Assembly (NCBI GenBank): GCA_013265495.1
Contig: MU058531.1
Span: 1,108,678-1,172,677, forward strand
From: Vicugna vicugna
Taxonomy: Eukaryota
Direction: 5' to 3'
DNA: 64,000 bases
In this document: one piece after another, positions 47,879 to 62,039 of the stretch
Layout of the letters: every line of letters begins with the position of its first letter
How positions within the stretch are numbered: position 1 is the first letter of the stretch
The notes under the pieces: generated by a model
What the model was told of the DNA's origin: nothing
The model's database searches: none
The model's input: only the letters and a program-made list of their open reading frames with translations
Translations under genes and position numbers: made by a program

Positions 47879-48499
47879 GTCTCATAAAGAACTAGCAAAG
47901 ATAGTTTGGGAAATGATGCTCTGGTCTGACCTCATCATTTTCCACAACTTGGTGGCAGATGAGCCAGGACAAGCGTCTTCATCTCTTGGCTCCTGTTCCA
48001 AGTCCTGCTCAATTACTCCATGGTTCCTCTCCAGACAGCATCCTTCCTATCCCTCATGGTTGAGAGACCCCAGAGAGTCCCTATCTTGGCTGCTGGAAGC
48101 TGCAGCCCTATAAGGAGCACTGGGATAATGGACTGCCATGCCCAGCTCCCCCTGAGCTCAGAGAATGCATTGCATCACAGAAAAGAGGCAAGGACACCAG
48201 AGAATGTGCTCATTTTGCTGTTGGACAGATCTGCACCAATGAGCAAAGGCCAGCATCAAGTTTTATTATTCATGCAAGTTTATAGTGAACTCAGTCTTTG
48301 TGAAGGCTTCTCTGTGAATTTCTCAATGCTCCATCCTTCCATCCTTGCTTTACTGTCTTTAAACATTGATGATCTTCCATGGGAGGCAGTGAGTCTCACT
48401 CTCTAACACTGAATTGTTGAACAAAATCAGTTATGTCTTGGTGCTGCGGTTCCTGTATGAAATAAAAAAGAAATAGGACAGAGGCTGGTGAGAGGGAGA

Positions 48500-48660
48500 T
48501 GAAACTTTTATTGACTGCCTACTGTGTGTCAAACACTAGTCTTGGTGTTTATAAACATATCTCATTTAACACTCATTATGATTTATGACACAGACTAGCA
48601 ATGACCAAGCTGGGAGTTGAACTGGGTATCCATGCCTCTAAAATCCATCTCTTGGTACCA
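48500..48660 (-). mobile_element. MIR fragment
   Basis: 'tttattgactgcctactgtgtgtcaaacact...atctcatttaa...gctgggagttgaact'. Confidence 0.6.
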
Positions 48661-48759
48661 GGACAGAAAATAAGAGCCTTCATTCAGCCCTGCTCACTTT
48701 CTTTGTCTCCCCTGCTCCACCCTTCCCCCCACCACATTCTTTCACACATTGACTTTGTG

Positions 48760-49330
48760 TTCATCTTTTCCCGGTAATTAGTAAATTATAACCCCCGCAT
48801 CTCAAATTCTTGACATTCATTTGCTGTTTCCCAGTAATTCATTTCACTTGATATTTGCTCTGAAAAAGACACAGAAATGCTCGCTAATGCGGCTCTCACT
48901 CCCTCGCCTGGATGAGGCTCTTCACCTCATTTGTCACATTGCGCTGTGGTCCTGAAGTCTGACAGGCAATTCAGGCTTTCTGAATGCAATTCAGGCATTG
49001 ATTTTAATCTATAAAGCTTTGGCGTCTGGGTCCTGGCTGCCATGGAAATGAAATCGCTTCTTGGGTACTTTTCTACATGCTGCTGCTAACTGTTCTGAAA
49101 TGTGGGGCTCCGAGAGAACATTTCTGTGCTGCTTCTGATGTAAAAATGTCCAATACGCATAGCCCCCTAACTTTCACCATTTTTGCTCACCAGAGAGAGA
49201 AATCCCAAACAAAGACAAATATGTGGGATGCACTCAGATTCATGGACGAATATGCTGAATTTGTTGATCATATCTGCTTAAAAATAAATTAAAAAATACA
49301 GCCGCTGAGGTGGCCAATGCCTTTGGTTTC
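48760..49330. promoter_or_regulatory. Candidate conserved non-coding element / enhancer
   Basis: Unique sequence with retained CpGs, TAATTA, TGACAG, an X-box-like motif and a phased 11-bp direct repeat. Confidence 0.35.
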
Positions 49331-51269
49331 CAAGTAGGGAATCTCTAAGCCTGAACAGGACGTTGGGTGCCAGGAAGCCAAGGGGAAAGCACGGTGTTTA
49401 GACTTGCATGTGTAATCTGATGTTCTCTCGCCCACACAGGGGAAGTTGGTGGCGAGAAAATGATTCTAAGATGCATGCTTTGTCAGGGTGGAGACAGGAA
49501 GAGTGAAAGCTTGGTGCTTATACTGAAAGCGGTGGCAGGCAGCGTGCCTGGGGAGTGTGACACCACCTTTGTTCCAGTTGTCCACGGAGGCTGGGGAAGG
49601 GGGAAGATGAGCAGAACTGTAAAGGGGATTTAAACGCTCTCCACTAGAGCTCTGCTTTCATTCTCTTCATCAAACTGTTTGCTGGCTCTCTGCCTTCCTG
49701 CTCACGTGGCATTCATTTCCAAATGCAATTCCTTGCTTCAGCTTTTTAAATTCTGATGACATTGGCATCAGCCAAGAATGTGACAAAGCCATTGATACAT
49801 TGACATATATCCCTAAAAAGACAGAGCTTTAATTTTTTAAAACAAGAATGTGTCCAGTGGTCAGAAAGTTGAGTAAAAGGAGAAACCTGAGGTGTTTTCA
49901 AGGAACAAATGACGATTGAATCCACTTATGTAGCTTTATTTTTCCACAGAAGAAGACCGTTAGACCATGACTCATCCTAGAGAGAGTTGGATGGAACATG
50001 TAGTTGGTTCCCTGAAACATCACTTCATATGAAATGTTTGGAAGGAAGCACATGAAATTCAGGAGGTGGATTCCAATCTCAGCTCCTAGGAGCAGTGAAG
50101 GATAAATGGGACTAGAATTTTCCAGGAACTTCTACCCATCCTTCTCCAGTTGCCCAGTTCTGTTTAGAAAGTCATTGGTGAAAACTCGGCCAGCACCAAG
50201 GACTACAGACATAATAGCATAACTCTTCTCTTTAGGATTTGGTTTCCACAAAGCCCGGCCAGGCTGGGAGGCAGAGCTGACATCACATAGCATCAGATCA
50301 GGGAAATCCACACTGACTTTTCCCCAAACTACAAATTGTGGCTCTGTGTGTAAGCTATCAAAACAACAGTGTGATTAAGTCAGTTCCATCAAGAATCTCT
50401 CAGGGCGGTTGTTTGGAGCATAAATGCAGACTGGATCATCACAGCTTCTTTGCTTTTCAAGGGTGAACTCTGTGGCCTTAGATACACTAGGAGTGATCAG
50501 TAGGTGGGCCAGGGCACAACCAGCCCCTTGTGAAACCAATCAGACAGCCATTGGGTCATAAAGGGAGGTGTGGGAACTTGGGATCATAAGTTGAGTGTGG
50601 AATAAGAACCTGGCCACTCTCAACACCACCACAATCATGAGTCCTGTGCTCTTAAGGCAGTTGGTGCATGTTATCCCTGCCCCAGGTCCCCCTTAAGCCT
50701 CAGCTTCTCCCACACTGTCAGGTACACACAATGGGCAGTTGCTTATAATTCACCGGATTGTTTGTGGCAAACCCCCTTCAACCACACCATCATGGAGCAC
50801 CCACAAGGGCCCTGTGATGTGTCTGGAGGTGATGTGCACAGCCACGTTTGTCTTTCAAGTCAGCACCCTTCTTATCGGGAACAGCATGGCAGGGTATTAC
50901 CTGTTTGCTCCCAGGAAAAAGCTCTGAGCTCAAATTCCCATCCAAATACTTGGATGTAACAGGCACCAGCTGGCACTCACAGTGCATCTCCCTTCTCTGA
51001 GAACAGCCCTGATTCAGGGGGATGGGACCCAAGCAGTCAAGTTTGTGTTACGTGGCCTGGTTCCTTGCATAGCTGACAGATCCAGGGGAAAAAATAAGCC
51101 CCAGATGAATGCATCAGAACCCCACCTTCCTGTCCACAATCACTTACCCAGGGATAGATTAAAATGTTAGCATTTTACTCACAACTAGCAAGTGTCCTTT
51201 AAAATTGCATAAATTTGAACTGAGGCACCTACATTGGGTGGGCCGGCTAATTCGAGCCTGTCTCCAGGA

Positions 51270-51600
51270 CCGGAACTGAAAGAAGAGGTTCATCTCACCT
51301 CTGGAGGCAGAAGCCACAGGGCAGGACCTTAGGCCTGTGAGCAGTCTTGTCCTCACCAACCTGAAGATGATGGTCTACAGGCCAAGGCAGTGATACCTTC
51401 TCTCTTCAGAGGGAGGCAGAGATGAGAGACACAGACAGAGAGTCCTGGGGACATTTGATCCTTGAGGCCCAGCTGCCCCTTCCCCCTCATGTTGGCAGTC
51501 ATATGAGGCAGCCTCTTATCCTTCCAATAAATTCTCTTTTGCCCAAGTTAATTAGCAATGGGTTTCTATCACGTGCAGCCAAAATGACACATTGGCAAAT
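51270..51600 (+). mobile_element. MaLR LTR (MLT1K/L-like) 3' part
   Basis: 'gagagtcctggggacatttga...ccaataaattctcttttgcccaag...gggtttctatcacgtgcagccaaaa'. Confidence 0.65.
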
Positions 51601-52232
51601 TTTCCCATCCTGACAGCTGGCCTGTCCCACAATTAGATGACCCTTCTTGTTTGTTTGGTTGGTTGGTTTTCTTGTTTTGTTTTGTTTTGCTTCAAATGAT
51701 CCATTTATCCCCTCTTTCCTCAAGGATATCTCTGAGTCACATCCCACTATATGTGACACCCAGGTGTTCAAGATTTCTTGAGGACATCACTCCCTGTAGC
51801 CCAAATTTCACCAGGGCATTTCTCTCCCCTGCTGCCAGTCACATCCTTACCTTCCTTATGTGGATGCAATTCCATGTCTCCTGGCTCAATACCTCCCTGT
51901 TCATCTACTACAGCAACACACCCTTCTCTGTGCTTGCTTGGGATTTCTAGCAGGTGACGGCACCAAATTTGACAACTGTGCCCCCTCCTCCATCCAGGAC
52001 TATGAACTCCCCCATCCCTAAGAATTTTAATCAGCCTCCTTTCTTCCTCCTTCCCCTTACTTCTGTTAGCATTAGATTCAAACCCCTGGGCAATTGAAAA
52101 TTGTCTCCTCTTTTTAAAAAACCTGAGGGACCCCTTCTTTAAGGCTTCATTTAAAGTATTTGACCTTGATTTCAATAGACTTTTAGGGATCTTATATTGA
52201 CGGTCTTGAATTTAATACTTACCATCTCCCCA

Positions 52233-52743
52233 TGTGGCAGACATTTTTTTGGCCACAGGACATTTGGATTTCCTTCCTATGTTCATGAAATTGGCAAGAG
52301 GTAGAACTCACCCCCTCCTGTCAAAGCCAAGGACAGCTGATAGTCACTCTTCCAGCCTCCCTTGCAGCTAGAGTGTAAGCACCAGGGCTAGAAGTGGCCA
52401 TCAGGTGCACACATCTGAGACTTAGAAGTTAATTAGGCAAAGAAGAAGGGATCATGGAATCTCCATTCTGGCAGTGGCAGCAAAGATAGCAGCAACATCA
52501 GTCTTGAGGGGCAACCATGGCCTTGGTGCCTCCAGTGGGGTCCAATGCCTAGCAGCCCGACAGCAGCGTCCACGTTGGATGACTTCTGTGGCATTGATCT
52601 TGGCTGAAGTCTGGCTGTCTGGCCCCACTATGTGCCTGCTCATTTCCTCAGCCTGGTTCTCCAGCCTCCCCCAAGGATTCCATAATGTCCCTGGTACCTT
52701 TTTTTCTTTAAGTTGCTCACAGCTAGAAACCATGAACAATGCA
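52233..52743 (+). mobile_element. Ancient ERVL/MaLR-type solo LTR
   Basis: Begins tgtggcagaca; contains 'ttccagcctcccttgcagctag'; ends 'aatgca'; family uncertain, no TSD visible. Confidence 0.5.
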
Positions 52744-54399
52744 CTGTCAAAGTGTTCACAATAAGTAGCAGTTTGTGGCACAAATTTGAAATATGTAATC
52801 TAGAAAGCTAGCACGTAAGATCTAGTTGCTTCACTGGTGAGTGAGTCTAACTGACTCCCAGTATTCACAGCTCTGCACAACTTTATTCTTTCCTGGTGAA
52901 GTAGTAATAGACAACTTGTTTCTGTTTTTGGTGGAGCCAGGGGAAGAGGCACAGCAACTTGACTGGAGCTATGATAGAAGTGGTGGAAGGGCGGAGAAAG
53001 GAAGAGGTGGCTCGGACCCAGAGAACAGCTTTGTAAATGACTTAACTCCTGCCCATAAAATATAATCATAGATCTCATGGGATCCCTTCAGTGATGCTTC
53101 TCCTATTTTATGAGGGAAATTAGGTTCCATGCTGATCGAGTGATTCTCGGGTTTATCAACTAAACCAGGATGGTATTGACAATGAAAGGAGATATTCTTA
53201 ATGGAAATGCTGAGATGACAGATATAATGATCACCCTGAGAAATGGAGTGGAGACCTGGAGATTCTAAAAGGTCTGGGGGTCTATCAGGCACAAAGATCT
53301 CTGGTGGTGCCTACCCCCACAGCACTCCCTCCATCTTCCTCAACCACCTTTTCCTTCTCTTTTTTCAGGTCCAACGCTGGAGATGGACAAGGGTTGACAT
53401 GCCTGCCACTTGCATGCACTCCCTTATTCATGCATCTGGCAATATAGTCTGCATTTGCATGCTTTCGTACAGGGGCAATTTCCATAGCAACAGTAGGAAT
53501 AAAAAAAAAAGGCACCTGGGTGATGCTTTAAAGATAAATCAACCTCTTTAAGAAGTTCTCCTTCTAGGGAATTACAGGCTATTGCCACTTAGAGTTTCTT
53601 AGCTCCCTGTCACACATACACTTTCGTAACCCCAGCTCACTGTCTTCCAGTTTAATGAATTACAAACGTTTTAGCCTCCCTTTGAGGCCAGAAGATAAAG
53701 AGAGATCCTGGCTGGACAGCTGTGGTTCACAAGTGTTTTATGAACCAAGAAGGAAGGAGGAAAAAAACATGCATATTTTGAGTACCTACGAGGTACTAGG
53801 CACTTTTACTTATTTTATCTCATTTTCATAGAAACCTAGGCAGAACAAGGACACTTCTGCAGCTCAGGCTGAACCTTGTGCAAAACTGACAAAATTTACA
53901 TCTGACTTCCTATTCCTATGTCTCATCACTAAGAAAGCCAGAGAAGAAGGAACATGAAATGGTCAGAAAGAGAGGGTCTGCGTGGGGCGGGGGTGGGAAT
54001 GTGACGAGTCAGGGCACGGATGTCAGCAGGAGAGCTGAAAACACAGGGCTCAGGCTGGCTGTTCTTTGTCCAAATCCTTTGTCTCATCAGAGCAAAGGGG
54101 ATGGAGGGAGGAAAGGATAGTATTCATTCATTTTCTGATCTGAGGATGGTGTCCTGTAAGCAAAAGGCATTAACTAACTGGGACTTGCTTTCTTGAAACC
54201 TGTCAACCTCAGTGAGTTTGACTCTTCTCTCTTTAATTTGAAGAAATTTGTACACAGTGCTATATTCTTAAACAAAACATTAGTTATTTTCCAGCTCCCT
54301 ACAAGAATCTTTCCATTTTCTTGAGCTGTGTCACCCTTTAAAAAAAAGTATTGACCTTGGGAGCAAATATGAAAAAGGATTGTCTCCCCTGTACTTGAA

Positions 54400-54640
54400 A
54401 TTTCAATTCATTCATTCATTCATTTATTCATTCATTCATTCACAGTGTTTATTAGTCTCCACCTCTGTGTCAGTCATGGTGCTTAAGCCTGAGAAATACA
54501 TATAGATGTGGGCCTTTCCCCCTCAAACCTTGTCATCCAGTCAAAAGGAAGAAATGAATCTGTTAATTGTGCAATTATATAATTACAAATTGTGATAAGG
54601 GCAATGAAAAGAAAAGAGCGTGTGATCATGTTAGCAGTGT
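54400..54640 (-). mobile_element. L2 3' end with (ATTC)n tail
   Basis: (ttca)n at ~54402-54442, then 'gtgtttattag...tgtgtcag...gtgct...tgtgataagggcaatgaa'. Confidence 0.75.
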
Positions 54641-56129
54641 GAGGGCGTGACCATTTTTCCCCCAACATCCTGCCATTAAGATCTATCCATTTGAAAGATG
54701 GACAAGTTCACACTTGAAGTCATCCACCCCATAGCATGAATAAGTTCAATCACATTGTTTTTCCACCAAACAGGTGCATGAAATCAGTATTCGGAGGAAG
54801 TGGGAGGATTAATGGAATCAATGGAGAATAAAGGAATAATTTGGGGACACTGGTGGGCAAATCCGGTCAGGGGGCTTCAGAAACCCGGTTCGTAGCAAGA
54901 AGGCATAAGACACCAGAGAAGTAGAGAGAAGGACGCAGAGCTAAAAGCACAGAAAACAGATCTGTCCTAAGAATGGCCTTCCCCAACATACCGAGAGAAA
55001 GGATGAAATGCTCTAAGATATAGGGAGTGATCTTAAATTCACTCGTCATTAGTACCTGAGCTATTCAAAGCTAGTTTTCAATGACTTCATGATTAATAAT
55101 AAGCACAGGTGTTTGGCATTCTCTCTGAAACCAAGTGGCATCCTTTCATTAGAGGTTTTCCAGATGGTCGCATTGGATTCTGCCAACTACACCAGATGGG
55201 AAGGGTTCCCTTAGCTGGACTGAATCCACACATCCCTCCAGTTGTTACCTGTCAAGCTTGGGCTCCTGAATGAGATAACATAGGATATGGTTAGGTTAAA
55301 TGAACATTCTTTATTCCTGGTTATAACTTAATCCCTCTTTACTCTCGTATCTTAGTGAATTTGATCAAACAACACAGATGCTCGAAGTCTCTCCCCCTTT
55401 CCTTTATCGGAGTCTGAAGCCTAAACCAGAACTAATGATGAGAAATCAGCCTTTTGATTTGCTTTGCCCTGGGCTTCCACCTGGCCCTGCATATCCTTCT
55501 GGATAAAAGCACCTCCTGAGATGATGGCTCAGGCAATGCTCTTTTACTATTCTGAAGGCAGAAGTGAAAAAAGAGAGTTTCTCCAGGGTTATCTGTCATT
55601 CATTCACCCTTGCCACCAGGGCCTCCATTGCCAAGTCTCGAGAAGGGTGTGTGGACCCTCTGCTAAGGCTGTGTAAAGCTCCTCCAGGGTGTAGAGGTGA
55701 GGAAAGTGGTTATGCAAACACTTTCCAGTTTAGGGTCAGTTGGGACAGTTCATGAAGGAGCAGTTATCTTCCATAAAGAGCTAATGTGGGTTTCTTCCGG
55801 TATTTCCCCTTCTCTTAACTCAAGCCAGATTCTGAACTTCTCTTGGAGTCTAAATCTCAACGGGATATTGCTTTATGTAAGTAGATTGAAACCTTTCTAT
55901 ATGTTTCAACTTCATTTTAATTTACGATGTGTCAAGGAGATCCTTCTCTGCGCCTAGGATTGAGTGACCCTGGGAGTATTGAACTATGTCTTGCAACATT
56001 TCATCTACCACAGGGCTTGCCAATACCCTTTGCCAACTAGAAGTTGAATTAATCAATCATTTGCGTATAAGGCAAATTCTCTGCTTTCAGTAAGCGCATA
56101 ATCTGTTGAGAGAGACAAAGGCACGCTTA

Positions 56130-56940
56130 CGTGAAAAGGATCTGTAAAGCAGAGGGAAGTGTTCTAGGCTGGAAATCAAAAGCCCATGTCAGAATGGTGG
56201 TCCTGCTCTTTGTAGATAGTGACTCGACAATACTTCTGACCCCCAGTTACCTCTTCTGTAATGTGAAGGATTTGGACAAGGTAATATCAGATGATTCCCT
56301 GTAGACTCTCCCTACAGATATATCCTGAATCTATTCTCTTGCCTCTGTGTTCACTACCACTCCTGTCCAAACTAGCACCATCTCGTTCCTCTACAATCAT
56401 AAAAACTCCTTATACCCATGTTTCCAGTCTTGCCATCCTTGAGTTCACTGTCGCAGTCAGAGTAACCTTTTGAAAACACAAATCATATCTTGTCAAACAC
56501 TCCTAACTACTACCTAAAATTCTCCAGCTGGCCCCCAACTGCACTTGGAATAAAATCAGAGGTGTCCTTACCCTGACTTCTGACTATCTCTCTGACTTTA
56601 CCCCCTTGTGCTCTCCCCTCATCCACTATGTGATGACCACCTTTGCCTAAACCATGGCCATGCTAATTCTGTCCTGTTCTCCCATTGAGAAAATTCCCTT
56701 GCCAGTGGCTCATCTTAACTTTTTGTCCCAAGCACACCATATTCTCTCTCAGTCCCTCAGAGTGGGAACAAGGCACCAATGAGATAAGCAGTAGAAATCA
56801 AGATGGGTTTCTAGTCCAACTGAGAAATTAAGTGAAGGGTAACATCAGGGTTTCTAATTTGGAACACTAGTGGGAGCAGGAGACTAGAAAAGGAAGAACA
56901 GGTCTGGGACATGTTAAAGGAACTTCCAGTGGATTGTTTA
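56130..56940. mobile_element. MIR fragment plus L2 fragments
   Basis: 'cagttacctcttctgtaatgtgaagga...gattccc' and 'gcagtcagagtaaccttttgaaaacacaaatca...gaataaaatc'. Confidence 0.55.
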
Positions 56941-57364
56941 TTAAACCCTTGCCCTTCTTTGGATCCCCTCCCTTATTTAGGATACACAAGCATAGTCATG
57001 GCTACGCTGGTTGCTGTGTTCAGTGTTTGGTCTGATGGTCAGTGTGCATTTTTTTCAACATCATGGCTCTAGGAGTCTTTCAAGTGCCTGTTCCCCCTTT
57101 CTGAACCATTTCCTGCTCTAAGCTAGAGGGCTATCCCCAGGCAGATCTTCTCAAAGTTTTTTTTTTTTTACCAGGGACCCCTTAAGGCAGAAATTCCTAA
57201 ATTTGAGGTTGCAGGGCTACCCAAGAAACAGGTTAAATTTATTTGAAGACTCTTCTCTTTAAGCCTTACAATTCATCAAAATTTGCATTCTCCTTCATAA
57301 GAAATCTGTCTTTATTTTAATATAAAAATAGCATTTTAAAGTACCGTCAAGCTTTGCAATTTAG

Positions 57365-57620
57365 ACAATGGGCTTTGCAGTCAGAACTGTAATTAAAGAG
57401 TTTGGAGTGCCATTCAGCCACTTGCTAGTGTTATGACCTTGAGCAAGTTACTCAGCCTCTAAGCTGCCATATTCCTCATGTGATTGCTGAACATGTGGCA
57501 AATAGTCAATGGACTGTGATCCCTGAGGGCCAGAGTCTGCATTTTGTGTTCATGTTTAGATTCTTCACAGAGACTAGAGAAGAGTCCTGTGCATAGAAGT
57601 CACTTCATATGTGTTCATCC
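57365..57620 (+). mobile_element. MIR fragment followed by an L2 3' end
   Basis: 'gccacttgctagtgttatgaccttgagcaagttactcagcctct'; 'gactgtgatccctgagggccagag'. Confidence 0.6.
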
Positions 57621-58309
57621 CTCTACATCAGACATATGTGCACCCACGGTTATCCCATTTCTACCACTAGATGGAGAGCGAGTGTCCTAGGATTTTCAGT
57701 CCATTAGTGAGAAAGCAGTCATTTGTCTGTCTTGTCTTAACCAAATCAACTTATATCTTAATGACAATATCATTAAAACTAGCTCTCAAAAATGCAGTTA
57801 TAAGATAACTCTCAGAACCATTTGTTCTTAAAATAATTAAAAGGCAGAGGCAAGGGAAAAACACTAACTTCAGGATAGTGGTTACCTCTGAGAGGGGATA
57901 AATTGGAATTGGGTGGGAGTAGGAAGCTAGAAATGTCGCTAACTGCTGATTTCTTATTTAAAAACAGATTTGAAGCAAATACATCAAAAAAGTTAAAGTT
58001 AACCTTGGATGAGTTCTGGGTGGTAATGGTGAATACTTAGATATATTTCTCTGTGCCTGAAATTTTTCACAACTGAAATATTTTTCAAGTGGCCTCTAAG
58101 GTGAAATTTATGTTCTCTATTTCTATCTCTATGTATCTGCCTAACAAGTTTTTAAATATTCTCTCCAGAGACCCACAATTTACAACAAAGACTACAAGGG
58201 CAAAAACTATTCAGTGTCTCTCCATTTGGTCTTTCATGTTGCCACCCTCCTACTGAACCTTCCTTTTTGCCCTGAAGTTAAGTCTGCTAAAGAGAAAACC
58301 TGTTTTACA

Positions 58310-58690
58310 TGTCTGTTCTGATTACTACTACTATGTGACAGACCACCCTAAACCTCAGTGGCGTAAAACAACCGTTTTAGGATGCACATGGAACTCCGCT
58401 CCATGATATCTGGGACCTCAAGTTGGAGGACTTAAACTGGGGATGACCTGACAGTTGGGAGTGACTTGCTGGTTGGGAGCAGAAATCACTGAGAGGTGTC
58501 TTCGCTCTTGTGTCTGGTAGTTGATACTGGCTGTTGGCTGGGGCTTCAGCAGAGGCTGTCAACTGAGCCGTCTACTGGTTATAAACACATCACTATAGTT
58601 GGCCCTGACTCCATGGAAGGGGACAGAGACACACTGTTCTCAGTGGGAAGAGTGTCAAAGAATTTGTAGGCATAATGTAAAACCATCACA
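58310..58690 (-). mobile_element. MaLR LTR (MLT1F/H-like)
   Basis: 'accaccctaaacctcagtggcgtaaaacaacc...ctggctgttggctgggg...gggaagagtgtcaaagaatttgtaggcat...aaaaccatcaca'. Confidence 0.75.
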
Positions 58691-58982
58691 ATATCCTCTT
58701 AATTCTATTACAATAAAGTAGAATTGATAAACCTAGACCTCACTTCCTCTTTGTCCACTCAAGTGGTCCTGGAGAAACATTTGAATGTATCCACTCAATT
58801 ATCTAGGAACATGTCTGGTCAAATTCGGGCAGCTCAGGTATAAGCTAGCATAGTAATATATTTTATCAGCTCTATTCCTTTTGAAAACTGACTAGTTTTT
58901 TTATAACCAGTAAACATAAAGATCATAAATAACGTAGATAATAAACTTTTCGTCACAATGAAATATTCTCAAAGGAGAACTT

Positions 58983-59530
58983 CTATTAATTATCTGCATA
59001 ACAAATGACTCTAAAAGTTAGTAGCTGAAAACAACAAACATTTATTATCTCATAGTTTCTATGGGTCAGGAATCTGTGAACAGCTTATCTTAGTGACTCT
59101 GGCTCAGGGTGCCTCATGGGGTTGCCATCAAGACGCTGGCCAGGGTTGTGTTGTCTGAAGACTAAACTGGAGCTGAAAAAATCTGCTTCCAGCCTAGCTC
59201 ACTCACGTGGCTGTTGGCAAGAGGCCAGAGTTCCTCAATGGTGGTTGGCAGGTGACCTCAGTTACTTCTCATGTGGACCTCTCCATAGGACTGCTTAAGT
59301 GTTCTCATGACATGACAGCTGGCTTCTTCCAGAGTCAGTGACCCAAGAGGGAGCAAGGAGGAAACCACAGTACCTTTTATGTTCAAGTCTCTGTACGTGA
59401 CACAAGGTCACACCTGCCAAATTCTATTCTTTAGAAGTGAGTTACTAAGTCCAGTTACTGAGTCATCCTCAAGGGGAGGGGAACTAAGCCCCATCTCTTG
59501 AAAGGAAGCCTGTCAAAGAAGTTGTGATTC
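58983..59530 (-). mobile_element. MaLR LTR (MLT1F-like)
   Basis: 'aaaacaacaaacatttattatctcatagtttctatgggtcaggaatctg...ctctccataggactgc...catgacatgacagctggcttc...tcaaggggagggg'. Confidence 0.85.
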
Positions 59531-61403
59531 GATATCAAGACTGGTATGGGGAGTCTGAAAAAGAGGTTCCTCTCACTCTATCCTGAAGGGATCTGCCTCA
59601 GGACATCTGTCCTGATTGATGCCACCAATGTGGGGAAATAAGCAGCTTTCATGTGGAAAATTGGAAATCAATTTCCACTTCGCCATTCAGATGGGAACTA
59701 CATCTGGACTGCTCTCTTCTGCCCTGCCCCCGTCTTCATAGGATGGGAACTGGGATTCTTGTTGATAACAGCTTGGAGAATGTCTTAGGACAGTGTGTAT
59801 TTTACCTTACACATAACTGTGGTAACCTTATGGCAGTGTGGGCATTCCCACACTCATTCCAACCACCCCAGTGACACTAGGGTTAGTTTGACCGCCCAAG
59901 TTGCCTGGACAGGTATGTCTTCCCTTGTACTCCTTTCTATGATGTATCTTTCAAAACCCCAGACTTGAATGGTCAGGATGATAGATGAGGCTGTGCTTCC
60001 AGCCCAGGTGATCAGAAGATGCAGAAAAATGACCGCCTTCAACCAGCAAAATCCAGTGAAGTCAAGTACAACCCTGAGTAACTGTTTCTCATCCTTACTG
60101 AGATGTAGCAGAGAAGAGCCAATGACTCATTCTCTGAGAAAGGGAAACATAAGTGGTACCCAATTTGGACATCTAAAAGGAAGATCTTCTATGAGTCCTA
60201 ACTTGGGAAATGCCGGTCCTTGGGACGGGGTAGCCGGGTCTCTGACAGGGAGGTAGGGGTAACTCCCTTCAAGGAAAAATGGTTGAATTGTATCTGGCTC
60301 TGGATCTAATTCAACTTGACTACTTAGCAGTAAAGATAAATTGAACCTACAGAGAAAACTGAAAATAGCATTTTCCTGGCAAGTCCTTCAATGGACGTAG
60401 TGTGTTTAGATTTATGAGGGGGTGAATGACCTTCTCTGCCTTGGTGTTTCACATTTTCGTTTTTCCACGACTGATTTTCCATCTGGCCTAACCGGAGCCT
60501 GAAGTTGCTGAATCAAACAGAGCCAGTCGGACTGACTTGAGCTGGCTGGAACATGCACAGAGCTGGGAAAGACAAATAGGCTCCTTTCTGAAAGGCCTGT
60601 CCAGCAGAAGCCTGCCCCTCCCTGCCTGCCTCAGATCATAGCCCTGAAAGAGAGCACATCCAGCTCTTCTGATGGAGCCGATGGAGCAGTAGCAGGACTG
60701 GGGTGTTTCCATCCGGGAAGCTGGCTGTGTGAAGAGGAAGGACGGCATTAGCCAGGGCAAGGATGCCATCAGACTGGCCTGGTTCCCATCCCAGCATCCC
60801 AGGGTGGTCTGCTGATCTCCACCTGCCCCAGAGAAAATTTGGAGGCACCGTGTAAATTTTCAGAAGGAGTCAGGAGTAGCAGAGTACTGATCGACCCTGG
60901 AACTATTTGGCAGAAGTAACAAAGGGTCCATGGAGCAGAAAGCAGCCAGACCAGGTGGGCTCACGGACACCCCTGGGATGCCGGGGACCAGAGACAGGAC
61001 ACATCTCAAGAGAGGCAGCCTTTGTCAGAAGGCCATGTAGGTTCCCCTTGCTTGGGGAGAAGAAGGACAATAGAGAAAATCCAGAATCAACTGAACTTTG
61101 AGACGAAAAGCCTGAGACATGGGAAAGCACAGAGGTTTTGTAGAAATGATTACGATTGCGTGTTCTGACATTGTGCACGTTAAGTTTCATTACAGAAAAT
61201 AACATTATATTTCTTGCACACCCAAGTTTGTGGTTTAAGAAAATGCGAACCTGCCATTCTCTGTGTCTTCTTACACCTTTCCCTGTTTTTCACACCATAT
61301 AGAGGGAAGGGGCAGTTTGAGGTTAGTGTGTCTCTCAGCATCTCAACAGATGATGGCAGCCACGCAGGGTGAAGTGATGGCACCAGAAAGTCTTCTTCTA
61401 GAC

Positions 61404-61739
61404 CAGAAGTCAGAAAATATTTTCTTTAAAGGGCCAGATAAGAAATACTTTAGGTTTTGCAGACTCTAGTCTCTGTTGCAACTTTCCAACTCTGTCATTG
61501 CAGCCCAAAAGCAGCCAGAGACAAAACATGAATGGGCATGACTGGTGGTGCGAATAAAATTATTATGGACACTGAAATCTGAATTTCATATAGTTTTCAG
61601 GTGCCCCAAAACATTATTCTTCCTTTGATTTTTTTTTCCCCTGCGTTTAAAAATATAAAAACTACCCCTGGCTTTCAAGCCATACAGACACAGGCAGGGG
61701 ACTGGACTTGGCCCATGGGCAGGACTTTGCTAACCCTTA
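61404..61739. mobile_element. MER58B (hAT-Charlie) element
   Basis: 'taaagggccagata...gtctctgttgcaact...aaagcagcca...atggacactgaaatctgaatttcatata...gacttggcccatggg...tttgctaaccc'. Confidence 0.88.
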
Positions 61740-62039
61740 TTTCACACTGACCCCTGCTCTCCCCACCGTAGGAGGGATTAATTTTTTCATGTGCATGGCT
61801 CTGGGTGAAAAAGATCAAATCCTTAAAAGAAATGCTGAGGCGATAAAGCCTCCCTGGGAATTGCAGAATCTTTTCACGTGGTATTTCTCCGGGAATCACC
61901 CTTTCTATGTGGCTTCAGGGCAAATCACAAGCTTTAAACCTGACTAAGAAAAGCCACAACTCACAGATGAATTACTATTGTGTTAGTGGAAGTTATCAGC
62001 CGGGCCCTAAGCCTCAGGTAGACAGGGCCTGTGTTTCCC

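Noticed and set aside
59900..60300. AP-1 site (ATGACTCAT, ~60122) and a 95-aa ORF as a possible exon or enhancer
   Set aside because: Single short motif expected by chance; the ORF has no homology or convincing splice context
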